DNA of 64,000 nucleotides from Myxococcota bacterium (lineage in GTDB: Bacteria > Myxococcota > Myxococcia > Myxococcales > Myxococcaceae): positions 1 through 64,000 of the forward strand of contig JBMORE010000157.1 of the NCBI GenBank assembly GCA_049322255.1. Reading direction: 5' to 3'. The notes below the pieces were generated by a model, which had not been told where the DNA came from, did no database searches, and saw only the letters and a list, made by a program, of their open reading frames with translations. The number at the start of each line of letters is the position of its first letter. Position 1 is the stretch's first letter. A program made the position numbers and the translations under genes. Positions 22,465 through 34,927 of this stretch are shown here, piece by piece.

Positions 22465-23856
22465 TTGTTCAACCGCTTCCATCGCTTCTACAACTCCATC
22501 AAGGTCGTCACCGACCTGGCGATGTTGTCCTGCGCCTTCGGGTTGGCGTACGTCACCCGCTTCCACTCGGGACTCGCCGCGGGAGCGATTCCTTTGGCGC
22601 AAGACTCCTGGGTGACGCTGGCGATGGCGCTGGCCATCTTCCCGCTCACCTTCCGGCAGCAGAACCTCTACACCTCCAACCGCTCGCGCACGCACAGCGA
22701 AGAGGTCTTCGAGGTGTTCAAAGCGATCATCCTCGCCACCGTCATCTTGGTGGCGGTGAGCTTCTTCGTCCGCGAGCGTTACTCGCGACTGACGCTGGGG
22801 ATTTTCGCCGGGTACGCGTTCGTCCTCGTCGCCGTGGCGCGGCTTTCCTTCCGCGCGGGCTTCAACGCGCTTCGCCGGCGCGGGTTCAACCTCAAATCGA
22901 TTCTGGTGGTGGGCGCGGGCGAGCTCGGCCAGCGGGTGATTGAAACCATCGATTCGCATCGCGAGTTGGGCTTTCGCGTGGCCGGAGTGCTCACCCGGCG
23001 GCCCACCAAGCTGGGGACGAAGGTGGCGGGGGCTCCGGTGGTGGGGCTCCTCAAGGACGTGGATCGGGTGCTCGACCAAAACCCCGTCGACCAAGTCATC
23101 ATCGCGCTGCCCATCGAGGAGCAGCCGCTGGTCAAACCGCTGATGGAGACCTTGGCGCTGCGCACCGTCGACGTGAAGGTGGTGCCCGACCTCTACCAGT
23201 ACATCACCGTGTGCGGCGGTCTGGAGGAGTTCGGCGGCCTGCCCATCATCAGCTTGCAGGGCGGGCCGCTGCACGGCTGGAACTTGGTGGCCAAGCGCGC
23301 CTTCGACATGCTCTTCGCTTTCTTGGCCATCGTGGTGGCCGCGCCGATCATGCTCGTCACCGCAGCCCTGGTGAAGCTGACCAGCCCCGGCCCCATCCTC
23401 TATCGACAGGAACGCATGGGGATGGATGGCGAGACTTTCGGGATGCTCAAGTTCCGCACCATGCGCGTCGATGCCGAGGCAGCGGGGGCCAAGATGGCTT
23501 CGGCGGACGACCCGCGGCGCACTCCGGTGGGCGGGTGGTTGCGCAGGCTCTCTCTCGACGAGCTGCCCCAGTTCTTCAATGTGCTGTGGGGAGACATGAG
23601 CCTGGTGGGCCCGCGCCCGGAGCGGCCGGTGTTCATCGAGGAGTTCAAGCAGCGAATTCCGCGCTACCACCTGAGGCACAAGGTGAAGGCGGGCATCACC
23701 GGCTGGGCGCAAATCAACGGCCTGCGCGGGCAGACCTCGATTCAAAAGCGCATCGAGTACGACCTCTATTACATCGAGAACTGGTCGCTGCTGCTCGATC
23801 TGAAGATTCTCTTGCGCACCGCGCTGGGCGGGTTTCTCTCGAAGAACGCGTACTAG
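22465..23856 (+). CDS. wbaP: Undecaprenyl-phosphate hexose-1-phosphate transferase (WbaP/WcaJ family)
   Basis: N-terminal TMs; KRAFD, KFRTM, SLDELPQFFNVLWGDMSLVGPRPE, GITGWAQING, YIENWS. TTG 22465 follows a GAGGAG RBS. Confidence 0.92.
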   Translation: MFNRFHRFYNSIKVVTDLAMLSCAFGLAYVTRFHSGLAAGAIPLAQDSWVTLAMALAIFPLTFRQQNLYTSNRSRTHSEEVFEVFKAIILATVILVAVSFFVRERYSRLTLGIFAGYAFVLVAVARLSFRAGFNALRRRGFNLKSILVVGAGELGQRVIETIDSHRELGFRVAGVLTRRPTKLGTKVAGAPVVGLLKDVDRVLDQNPVDQVIIALPIEEQPLVKPLMETLALRTVDVKVVPDLYQYITVCGGLEEFGGLPIISLQGGPLHGWNLVAKRAFDMLFAFLAIVVAAPIMLVTAALVKLTSPGPILYRQERMGMDGETFGMLKFRTMRVDAEAAGAKMASADDPRRTPVGGWLRRLSLDELPQFFNVLWGDMSLVGPRPERPVFIEEFKQRIPRYHLRHKVKAGITGWAQINGLRGQTSIQKRIEYDLYYIENWSLLLDLKILLRTALGGFLSKNAY

Positions 23857-23864
23857 AGAATTCA

Positions 23865-25028
23865 TCAATTGGGGTGGTTGCCCTGTCCCCAGCGGAAAGC
23901 GAAGAACGCCATCGTGGCCAAACCAACGGCGGCGAGGACACGGCGGGCTTGCGGGCGGTGCTCGAGCCAGTCGGCGAGGAAGAAAAACAGCGGGTAGTTC
24001 CACGCCGAGTAGCGGTGGATGCCACGCAGCATGCCGGTGGACAGTGGCAGAAGAAGGTTGGCGGCACCCAGGGCGAGGTACCCCGTTCGCCAGCGCCGCT
24101 GCCAAATTCCCCAGACAAGCAGCGCCACGGCGAGCAGCGCGAAGAGGTGGTGATCGAGCGTTACCCCGAGCCGGAAGAAGGGCTCCAGCGGGAAGCTGGG
24201 CTTTCGCCCCCAGCCCGCTTGCACGTGCACGAAGTAGAGAGGGTCGCCGTAGAGCCCTTGGTGCAAACCGAGGAGCACCGCCACCGCGGCCGCAGGGAGG
24301 AGCAGCACCAACACTCGCCAGCTGAAGCTCAGCCTCCCCTCCTCGGTGCGGCACAGCTCATAGAGCACCGGCAAGCAGATGAGAAAGCCATTGGAGCGGG
24401 TCCACACCGCGAGCATGCAGGCAAGGCCCGCAAGAGCGGGGCGATGGGTGCGCGCGCAGTAGACGGCGAACACCGAGAGAAACAGCGAGGTCGACTCCGG
24501 ATACACGCAGGAGAGAAAGTGGCTGCCCGGAAAGCACAGCAAGCAGGTGACGACGAGGGTGGCGAACGCGGGCGAGCGGTCGAGCCGCACCAGTCTGTCC
24601 AGGTACACCAGGGCGAGCACCAACATGCCGTGCGCGAGAAAAAGCCCGGCGTAGAAGACATGCACTCCGCCGAGAAGCTCGGACAGGCCGCGCATCAGGG
24701 CGGGGAAGAAGGGGAAGAACGCCGCGTGGTAGACCCAGCCGCCATCGGGGGAGGGCCCGGGGTAGCCCCGCTCGGCGATGCTGACGTAGAAGAACGAATC
24801 CCACCGGCCCCAGACGTCGAGCAGCCGGTGCGGGACTTGCTGCCAGAAAAAGCCGTGGTCCTCGCCGATCCACCACTCGTACTTCGCCTTGGGGCGGGGA
24901 AAGTAGGTGCCCGCCGCCATCGCCATCTCGGCGAGCAGCCGGGTGCCCCCAAGCCACACCCACCACGGGTACACCGTGGCCGCCCGAGCGCTGGTCGCGG
25001 TGGCTGGCGCAGAAGAGGCGGCGGTCAT
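23865..25028 (-). CDS. GT-C fold membrane glycosyltransferase (PIG-V/mannosyltransferase-like)
   Basis: WGRWDSFFY..IAERGY, AFFPFFP, YPES, TRSNG, QAGWGR; multi-TM. Confidence 0.85.
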   Translation of the reverse strand: MTAASSAPATATSARAATVYPWWVWLGGTRLLAEMAMAAGTYFPRPKAKYEWWIGEDHGFFWQQVPHRLLDVWGRWDSFFYVSIAERGYPGPSPDGGWVYHAAFFPFFPALMRGLSELLGGVHVFYAGLFLAHGMLVLALVYLDRLVRLDRSPAFATLVVTCLLCFPGSHFLSCVYPESTSLFLSVFAVYCARTHRPALAGLACMLAVWTRSNGFLICLPVLYELCRTEEGRLSFSWRVLVLLLPAAAVAVLLGLHQGLYGDPLYFVHVQAGWGRKPSFPLEPFFRLGVTLDHHLFALLAVALLVWGIWQRRWRTGYLALGAANLLLPLSTGMLRGIHRYSAWNYPLFFFLADWLEHRPQARRVLAAVGLATMAFFAFRWGQGNHPN

Positions 25029-25044
25029 GCGGGCCGGTTTAACG

Positions 25045-25076
25045 AAAAAACGGCTCCGGGTCGCCCCGGAGCCGTT
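25045..25076 (-). terminator. Intrinsic terminator downstream of nrdJ
   Basis: 12-bp stem AACGGCTCCGGG/CCCGGAGCCGTT with 4-nt loop; T6 tract on the minus strand. Confidence 0.75.
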
Positions 25077-25158
25077 CTCCCCTCCCGTGAAGCGACAGGG
25101 CTCGCTTTGGCGCATGCCCCGTCTGGGCTTTTCGCCCCTTCAGGTTCCTTCGGAAACT

Positions 25159-27897
<2,739 letters not shown>

Positions 27898-28120
27898 GTG
27901 TTCCCCTCCTCAGAGTTCACTACGAGTACGAGTTTGAAGCGAAAACCTGTCGAAACCACACCCAGAAGGTGAAGTCGGTGAGGGCTGCCGAAGGGCCCTG
28001 GCGGGGCGGCAGCCCCATGTAGTCAGTTGTGGTTGTTTGGCGCCTTCTCGGCGCCTGGTTTTGGTTGCGACCCCCAGCAGCGAGGGGCGGCCTTGTAGCG
28101 TTTGCAACAGCACGGTGTCA

Positions 28121-28176
28121 AGACTAAACCCACTAGATCTTGTGTCAAAAAAATAGTCATCCCCCATAGTTAGCCC
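28121..28176 (-). promoter_or_regulatory. nrdJ promoter overlapped by NrdR box(es)
   Basis: Minus-strand TTGACA (28148-28143)-16nt-TAGTCT (28126-28121); palindromic CCACTAGATCTTGTGT at 28130-28145 (13/16 to acaCwAtATaTwGtgt); weaker second box 31 nt away at 28161-28176. Confidence 0.75.
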
Positions 28177-28478
28177 CACTTTTTCATTCGGCGGCGGGCA
28201 CTTGGAATCGCGCGCAGGCCCGAAAAATCGGCCTGGGAAAGCGGTTGAAGGTGTCTTCCCCACATAGACTTCTCGGGCCGAACCGACGTCAAGTTTCGTG
28301 GCCCTACATCGCATTTCATGGCCTGCCAAACCGCCGCACCTACGCCACAGGGAAAAGTTTGCCAATAGTGCGAGTGCAAAATTGACCTTTTTCCTCCACC
28401 GAAACGTGAGGGGCGGGCCCGATTTCTCGCGAAGCGCGCAGGTTTTGCAGTTCCGCACAATTGGTTAAAGAAGAGGTC

Positions 28479-28808
28479 ATGCCTCCTCCCTTTCGCCGCC
28501 ACGTCTTCGTTTGCACCAACCGCCGTCCGGAAGGGAGCCCCAAGGGCTGCTGCGCGAGCAAGGGCTCCGAGGAGGTGCGCTTGCGCCTCAAGAGCGCTGT
28601 CGAATCTGCTGGGCTTTCTGGAGAGGTGCGAGTGAACGCCTCCGGCTGCCTCGACGCCTGCGAGCAAGGCGTGGCAGTGGTCGTCTACCCCGAGGGGGTC
28701 TGGTACAGCGGAGTCAGCCTCGCCGACGTCGACGAGCTGGTGCGCGAGCACCTGGTGGGCGAAAGACCGATGGAGCGGCTGCGAATGAAGCCGTTTTCGA
28801 GGGGCTGA
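28479..28808 (+). CDS. Thioredoxin-like [2Fe-2S] ferredoxin
   Basis: HVFVCTN...GCC...SGCLDAC...VVVYPEGVWY. Confidence 0.92.
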   Translation: MPPPFRRHVFVCTNRRPEGSPKGCCASKGSEEVRLRLKSAVESAGLSGEVRVNASGCLDACEQGVAVVVYPEGVWYSGVSLADVDELVREHLVGERPMERLRMKPFSRG

Positions 28809-28831
28809 CCAAGGCGAAACGTCGGGGTGGC

Positions 28832-29542
28832 TTACCGGCGTCGCCCCATCAGCCGAAGAATCGCCAGGAACAAATTGACGAAGTCCAAGTACAGCGTGAG
28901 CGCGCCGCTGACGGCGAAAGTGCCGGCGCTGCTATAGCCGGAAGAAGCGTGGAGCGTGCGCAGCTTTTGGGTGTCGTAGGCGGTCAGCCCGGCGAACACC
29001 ACCACGCAGGCGCAGGACCAGACGAACTCCAGCATGCTGCTTTGCACGAAGATCTGCACCACCCCGGCGATCACCACCCCGATGAGGCCCATGAAGAGGA
29101 AGGTTCGCCAGGCGGAAAGGTCCTTCTTGGTGAAGGTGCCGTAGGCGGAGAGCGCGGCGAAGGCGCCGCCGGTGACGGCGAAGGCTTGGCCGATCGAGCC
29201 CAGCTGGTAGACGAGGAAGAGCACCGAGAAGACCAGCCCGGTGGTGAAGGAGTAGAGGAGGAAGAGCCCTCCGGCCAGCGGCGCCGACAGCCGCGGTGCC
29301 AGCCAGCTCATCACCATGACGAGGATGAATTTGCCGATGATGATCGGCATCAAGTTGGGGACGACGACCTGGAGAACCGCTTCGTTGCTCGCGGTGTAGA
29401 CGGCGGTGACCGCGGTGACCGCCAAGCCGGCCACCATCCACCGGTAGACCTTGGCCATGAACGCGCCGGCCGACTCCTGCGCCAGCACCTCGTTGACGCT
29501 GCCTTGCGCGTTCAGCTCCGCCCCAGGGGTTTCCCAAGCCAT
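28832..29542 (-). CDS. Bax inhibitor-1/YccA family membrane protein
   Basis: FMAKVYRWM, TKKDLS, AYDTQKL, GALTLYLDFVNLF; 7 TM. Confidence 0.93.
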   Translation of the reverse strand: MAWETPGAELNAQGSVNEVLAQESAGAFMAKVYRWMVAGLAVTAVTAVYTASNEAVLQVVVPNLMPIIIGKFILVMVMSWLAPRLSAPLAGGLFLLYSFTTGLVFSVLFLVYQLGSIGQAFAVTGGAFAALSAYGTFTKKDLSAWRTFLFMGLIGVVIAGVVQIFVQSSMLEFVWSCACVVVFAGLTAYDTQKLRTLHASSGYSSAGTFAVSGALTLYLDFVNLFLAILRLMGRRR

Positions 29543-29593
29543 TGCGTTTTCTCCTTCGACAGGTTCGTGGCCGCTTCATAACACGCCCCGAGG

Positions 29594-31075
29594 TCACGGA
29601 CGCGCTCGATGAGCGTTCAGCAGCGCTCTCGCCACCTCGCTCGTGATGAGCGGCAGCACTCCGCCGCCGCCGACGATGTTCACGATGTGGGAAGGCGAGC
29701 CTCGGCACACCCCGCCCCAGGCGGGTGGGCGCTCCAGCCCCACCGAGGCGTAGGCGGAGAAGTCGACGTACAGCTCGGTCTCCGTCTGTGAAGTCTCCGT
29801 GCACATAAGGTGAGACTCCGGCGCGGTGGGGACGATTTCTTGCACCACGAAGCCGCCCCCGGTGCGGTCGTCGGCGCAGCGCGTGCACAGCTCCTTCCAC
29901 GAGAGAGGAGCCCCGTAGGCGGCGCGCACCCGTTCGTCGAACGAGGCCTCGCCCTGGGTGCGGCCCACGAACACCGCCCGCCCACCGTAGTCCCACGCGC
30001 GCTTGAGCACGAAGCGGTCAGGCTCCGCGGCGACGCGCTCCACCAGGTCGTCCACGCGGGCTCCGGTGGGGTCGACGGCGGCGAAGCGGCGAAACAGACG
30101 AGTCCACGGCACCGAGGAGGAGATCGCTTCCAACTCATCCGGCGTGAGGCCTGCCGATGCGGCCAGCGCGGGCTCGGAGCAAGCCTGGGAGAGCAGGGCG
30201 AAGGTGGTCTTCACCTCGACCTGTGAGGCGGGAGGGTTGAGAATCGCCGCGCGCGGGTTGGGGATGTGCGAGAAAACCTCCACCACGTACGGACCACCGG
30301 CCAGGTCGGGCTCCTCCAGGCGGCGCACGAAGAGGTGGCGGTAGATGAGGTCGTAGGTTTTGCCGTGCGCGCGCACCGCGTCGTCTCCCGACAGCTCGTC
30401 GGGATGAACGACGTCGGCCTCGGCGCCCAGCTCGCGAAAGCGCTCGCATAGGTAGCGCTGCTCGGCGAGCTGGGCGTCGCCGCGCCGGCAGAGCAGGGCG
30501 ATGCGCGAAGGAGCACCTCCGCGCAGCTGCCGGTGTCCCTCGAGTAGCGCGCGGTAGAGGGCCAAGGCGTTGGAGCCGTTCTGGGCTTGCAAAGACGCGA
30601 TGGCGCGGTCGGAGAGGCCGAAGTGGCGCCCGACCACCTCGAGGAAAGTGTTGGCCGCGATGTCCGAGTACCCCTGCATCGCGGGGATGGTGGCATTGAG
30701 CTCGAGCGCGTAGGGCTTTCCGCTCGCTCCGATGAAGTAGTCGACGCGGGTGGTCACCAGCGGCGAGCTTTGGGCGAAAGTTTTTTCGGCAATCGTGCGC
30801 TCGAGAGGGGAGAGCGCCCCCAAGAGCAGCTCCTTGTCGGGCCCGAAGAGCACCGCGCGGGCCATCTTGAAGCCGGCGGAGGCCAGGTGGCCGGAGAGCT
30901 CCACCCGGCGGGCGAGCTCGTCGCCGTCGATGATCACCGGAGTCGCGGTGACGGGAATGGGGCGCGTGCTGCCGTCCCTGGCGGTGACGGCCAGACCGCG
31001 TTGGTAGGCGGTTTTGGCCAACGGTGGACCGAAGTGGCGTGCCTGGCGGCGCAGCGCTTCCAATAGCTCCTGCAT
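29594..31075 (-). CDS. Circularly permuted ATP-grasp peptide/amide ligase (glutathione synthetase/GspS-like superfamily)
   Basis: RVDYF...ELNA before RFVLKRAWDYGG, FVVQEIVP, CRGS..IVNIVGGGG: permuted motif order. ATG 31075. Confidence 0.72.
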   Translation of the reverse strand: MQELLEALRRQARHFGPPLAKTAYQRGLAVTARDGSTRPIPVTATPVIIDGDELARRVELSGHLASAGFKMARAVLFGPDKELLLGALSPLERTIAEKTFAQSSPLVTTRVDYFIGASGKPYALELNATIPAMQGYSDIAANTFLEVVGRHFGLSDRAIASLQAQNGSNALALYRALLEGHRQLRGGAPSRIALLCRRGDAQLAEQRYLCERFRELGAEADVVHPDELSGDDAVRAHGKTYDLIYRHLFVRRLEEPDLAGGPYVVEVFSHIPNPRAAILNPPASQVEVKTTFALLSQACSEPALAASAGLTPDELEAISSSVPWTRLFRRFAAVDPTGARVDDLVERVAAEPDRFVLKRAWDYGGRAVFVGRTQGEASFDERVRAAYGAPLSWKELCTRCADDRTGGGFVVQEIVPTAPESHLMCTETSQTETELYVDFSAYASVGLERPPAWGGVCRGSPSHIVNIVGGGGVLPLITSEVARALLNAHRARP

Positions 31076-31092
31076 GGCGTTAGACCCCACCC

Positions 31093-31689
31093 GTGTCCAA
31101 GACCCTCGAATTCTTCTTTGACTACACAAGCCCGTACTCCTACCTGGCGTCCACGCAAATCGAAGCAATCGCCACGCGCACGAAGGCTGAGCTGGTCTGG
31201 CGGCCGTTCTTGCTCGGAGGCGTTTTCAAGGCCACCGGAAATCAGGCGCCCTACCTCAATCCTCACAAGGCCGTGTATCTGGCCAAAGACTTGCTCGACT
31301 GGGCGCGGCTGTACGGCTTGCCTGACCTGATTCTGCCCGAGAGCTTCCCTGCCAACTCGCTGGCCGCTGGCCGCCTCGGCTTGGTCGCGCTCGAGCACGG
31401 AAAGCTGCCAGCCTTCACCCACGCGATGTATCGGCGGGTGTTCGTTCGGGGCGATGATCCCGCTGACGAGCACGTACTGACCGAGGTGCTGCGCGAGGTG
31501 GGTATCGAACCTGCGGCTGCGTTGGAGCGCGCCAAGTCACAAGACATCAAAGACGTGCTGCGGAAAAACACCGACGAAGCGGTAGCGCGGGGGGCCTTCG
31601 GAGCGCCCGTCTTCTTCATCGGCGAGGAAATGTACCTAGGAAACGATCGGCTCCACTTCGTCGAACGGGCTCTGGAGGGCAAACGATGA
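31093..31689 (+). CDS. DsbA-fold GST-kappa / 2-hydroxychromene-2-carboxylate isomerase family protein
   Basis: FFFDYTSPYSYLA, PFLLGG, GAFGAP, GNDRL. Confidence 0.9.
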   Translation: MSKTLEFFFDYTSPYSYLASTQIEAIATRTKAELVWRPFLLGGVFKATGNQAPYLNPHKAVYLAKDLLDWARLYGLPDLILPESFPANSLAAGRLGLVALEHGKLPAFTHAMYRRVFVRGDDPADEHVLTEVLREVGIEPAAALERAKSQDIKDVLRKNTDEAVARGAFGAPVFFIGEEMYLGNDRLHFVERALEGKR

Positions 31690-32237
31690 ACCGCTACCGG
31701 TTGGAAAAGGAGAACACGGCGCTGCTCGTGGTGGACGTGCAGGAGCGCTTGTGCGCAGCGATGGAGCCGGAAGCGTGCGAGCGGCTGGTCAAGCGCACGG
31801 TGGCGGCCATCGCCGGAGCGAAAGCCCTGGGGCTGCCGGTGGTGGTGACGGAGCAGTACCCCAAGGGGTTGGGGCCCACGGTGAGCGCGATCAAGGAAGC
31901 GCTCGGCGGCGACTCTCACCCAGTGGAGAAGGTCGAGTTCTCCTGCGCGCTCGATGAGGTGCTCAGGCGGTTTGGCGACCGCAAACAGATCATCGTCACC
32001 GGCATGGAGACCCACGTCTGCGTCTTCCAGACTGCGCGTGACCTGGCCGAGCGAAAGCTGACCCCATACGTGTGCCGCGACGCGGTGCTCTCCCGCACCG
32101 CCGAGGACAAAGAGGTGGGACTGGAGCTGTGCCGCGAGGCAGGGGCGGTCATCACCTCGGTGGAGGCGGCGCTCTTCGACGTGCTCCGCCGTGCGGGCAG
32201 CCCCGAGTTCAAGGCGGTGTCCGCGGCGGTGAAGTAG
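31686..32237 (+). CDS. Isochorismatase-like cysteine hydrolase (ISOC2/YcaC-like)
   Basis: LLVVDVQERL, TEQYPKGLG, K..FSC, GMETHVCV. Confidence 0.9.
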   Translation: MNRYRLEKENTALLVVDVQERLCAAMEPEACERLVKRTVAAIAGAKALGLPVVVTEQYPKGLGPTVSAIKEALGGDSHPVEKVEFSCALDEVLRRFGDRKQIIVTGMETHVCVFQTARDLAERKLTPYVCRDAVLSRTAEDKEVGLELCREAGAVITSVEAALFDVLRRAGSPEFKAVSAAVK

Positions 32238-32243
32238 TGGCCG

Positions 32244-32888
32244 ATGGAGCCGACGCGAATCGTTCACTGCGAAGACGGGGTGGCGTGGCTGCGCGCCCGC
32301 CCGCTTCCGGCCGGCCACGCGATCATCACCTCGCTGCCGGACAGCTCGGAGGTGCCACGGCTCGGCTTCGAGGGCTGGCGCGCATGGTTCATCGACGCCG
32401 CCGAGGCCGCCTGCCGTGCGTGTGCCGACGACGCGGTGGCGATTTTCTTTCAGACCGACGTCAAGCGTGACGGCCGCTGGGTGGACAAGGGCCACCTCGT
32501 TCAGCTCGGCGCCGAGCGTGCGGGCTCGCATTTGCTGTGGCACAAGGTCGTTTGCCGTGCACCGCCGGGGGTGACCACCTTCGGCCGGCCATCGTGGGCA
32601 CATCTTTTGGCTTTCTCGCGCTCGGTGCGGGTCGACCCCGGCTCTTCGACGCCCGACGTGCTTCCCAAGCTAGGCGAGATGACCTGGGCACGCGCCATGG
32701 GCGTGGCCGCCTGCGAAGCCTCCTGCCGCTTTCTCCTCGACCAGACGGCCTGCCGCACAGTGGTCGATCCGTTCTGTGGCGTCGGCACCGCGTTGGCGGT
32801 GGCGAACGCGATGGGTATGAGCGCGGTGGGCGTCGAGCTGTCACGCAAGCGGGCCCAGAAGGCGCAGACGCTTCAAGTGGCTGGCTAA
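32244..32888 (+). CDS. SAM-dependent methyltransferase with beta-class amino-MTase-like motif order
   Basis: IVHCED...IITSLPD near the N-terminus; VVDPFCGVGT...GVEL near the C-terminus. Confidence 0.75.
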   Translation: MEPTRIVHCEDGVAWLRARPLPAGHAIITSLPDSSEVPRLGFEGWRAWFIDAAEAACRACADDAVAIFFQTDVKRDGRWVDKGHLVQLGAERAGSHLLWHKVVCRAPPGVTTFGRPSWAHLLAFSRSVRVDPGSSTPDVLPKLGEMTWARAMGVAACEASCRFLLDQTACRTVVDPFCGVGTALAVANAMGMSAVGVELSRKRAQKAQTLQVAG

Positions 32889-32892
32889 GGTT

Positions 32893-33246
32893 TCAATGGC
32901 GTACGACCCGAAGCTCGCCCGCCTGCAAGGGGCGCTTGCGGCACGACTTGGAGAAGCGGTGTACCAGTCGCGCGCCGATGAAGGTGGTGACGAGAGGTAG
33001 CAACACCGCGATCGCCACCNNNNNNNNNNNNNNNNNNNNNNNNNNNNNNNNNNNNNNNNNNNNNNNNNNNNNNNNNNNNNNNNNNNNNNNNNNNNNNNNN
33101 NNNNNNNNNNNNNNNNNNNTCAATGGCGTACGACCCGAAGCTCGCCCGCCTGCAAGGGGCGCTTGCGGCACGACTTGGAGAAGCGGTGTACCAGTCGCGC
33201 GCCGATGAAGGTGGTGACGAGAGGTAGCAACACCGCGATCGCCACC
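32893..33246. other. Scaffold gap (100 N, 33020-33119) flanked by an exact 127-bp duplication: assembly artefact
   Basis: 32893-33019 is identical to 33120-33246. Confidence 0.9.
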
Positions 33247-33533
33247 CCGGCGCTGGCCATCGCCCACCTCGCGCCGCCCTCGAGTGTAAAGGCCTTGCGA
33301 GCGAACGCTACCCCGAACGCCAGCCCAAAGAGGATGCCGACGAACTGCATCAACATCGCGCTGCGGGCGCCGTAGTACGTGCGAATGGTGACCCGGAGCT
33401 CCCCGTCCCCCTTCAAGTGAGCGCGGCGCACCGCGGGCTCGGCCACGTCGAGCAGCGCCACCTCAGGCGTGCAGGACAGGCACACCGTTCCTCCGGAGAA
33501 GGTGCGGCGGCAGCGCGGGCAAATCTTGATCAT
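33120..33533 (-). CDS. Small Zn-ribbon (CxxC...CxxC) two-TM membrane protein
   Basis: CPRC...CLSC; two hydrophobic helices; GGAG RBS-like upstream. Confidence 0.7.
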   Translation of the reverse strand: MIKICPRCRRTFSGGTVCLSCTPEVALLDVAEPAVRRAHLKGDGELRVTIRTYYGARSAMLMQFVGILFGLAFGVAFARKAFTLEGGARWAMASAGVAIAVLLPLVTTFIGARLVHRFSKSCRKRPLQAGELRVVRH

Positions 33534-33552
33534 CTTTGGCGAGTCTCCGTCG

Positions 33553-34470
<918 letters not shown>

Positions 34471-34619
34471 TCGGCATGCAGACTAACTGAAGGACTGGAG
34501 GTTTACCGTGGCAGAAATGACAGGGCCCGCTGGCGCAACCCCACACCATTTGTTGCTCGGCTGACGCAAGACCTGACCCAAGAGCGCGAAATCACTCGTT
34601 GCTGCTCCTTCGCAGCAGG

Positions 34620-34636
34620 CAGGCATACGAGGTGCA
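34620..34636 (+). promoter_or_regulatory. Possible sigma54 (-24/-12) promoter
   Basis: CAGGCATACGAGGTGCA (GG-N10-GC) about 30 nt before the ATG at 34666. Confidence 0.4.
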
Positions 34637-34665
34637 CCTGGAATCGGTGCGAGGAGACGGCGGTC

Positions 34666-34869
34666 ATGTCGGTGCTGGCGAAAATGCTCGGGTTGGTGAT
34701 GATGGCCCTGATACCGGGCGGCATCGTCGTCTTGTGTGCGTACTTCCTCGCGCTGGCGGTGCGGGAGGCCTACGCGGCGCAGCAGATGAGCGGCGGCGCC
34801 AAGCTGAGCCGGGCCTTCGCTTCGGTGCGCTGGAAAGACGTGTGGCACCAGGCGCGCAACGCTTTCTAA
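34666..34869 (+). CDS. Small membrane protein (67 aa)
   Basis: GAGGAG RBS; hydrophobic N-terminal half containing IPGG; host-like codons. Confidence 0.65.
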   Translation: MSVLAKMLGLVMMALIPGGIVVLCAYFLALAVREAYAAQQMSGGAKLSRAFASVRWKDVWHQARNAF

Positions 34870-34927
34870 AGGCGCTCGCAGCTTTTGCGCGGCACGGGGT
34901 GCTTCCAGTACAAGCGCCTAACCCCCC

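Noticed and set aside
28230..28440. Cobalamin riboswitch near nrdJ (GGGAA...GGT, GCCAC..GGGAA fragments)
   Set aside because: Core elements and the B12 box are missing, and the fragments lie on the strand opposite nrdJ.
32893..33246. Apparent 127-bp tandem duplication or duplicated gene end
   Set aside because: An exact copy on both sides of a 100-N gap indicates unmerged contig overlap, not biology.
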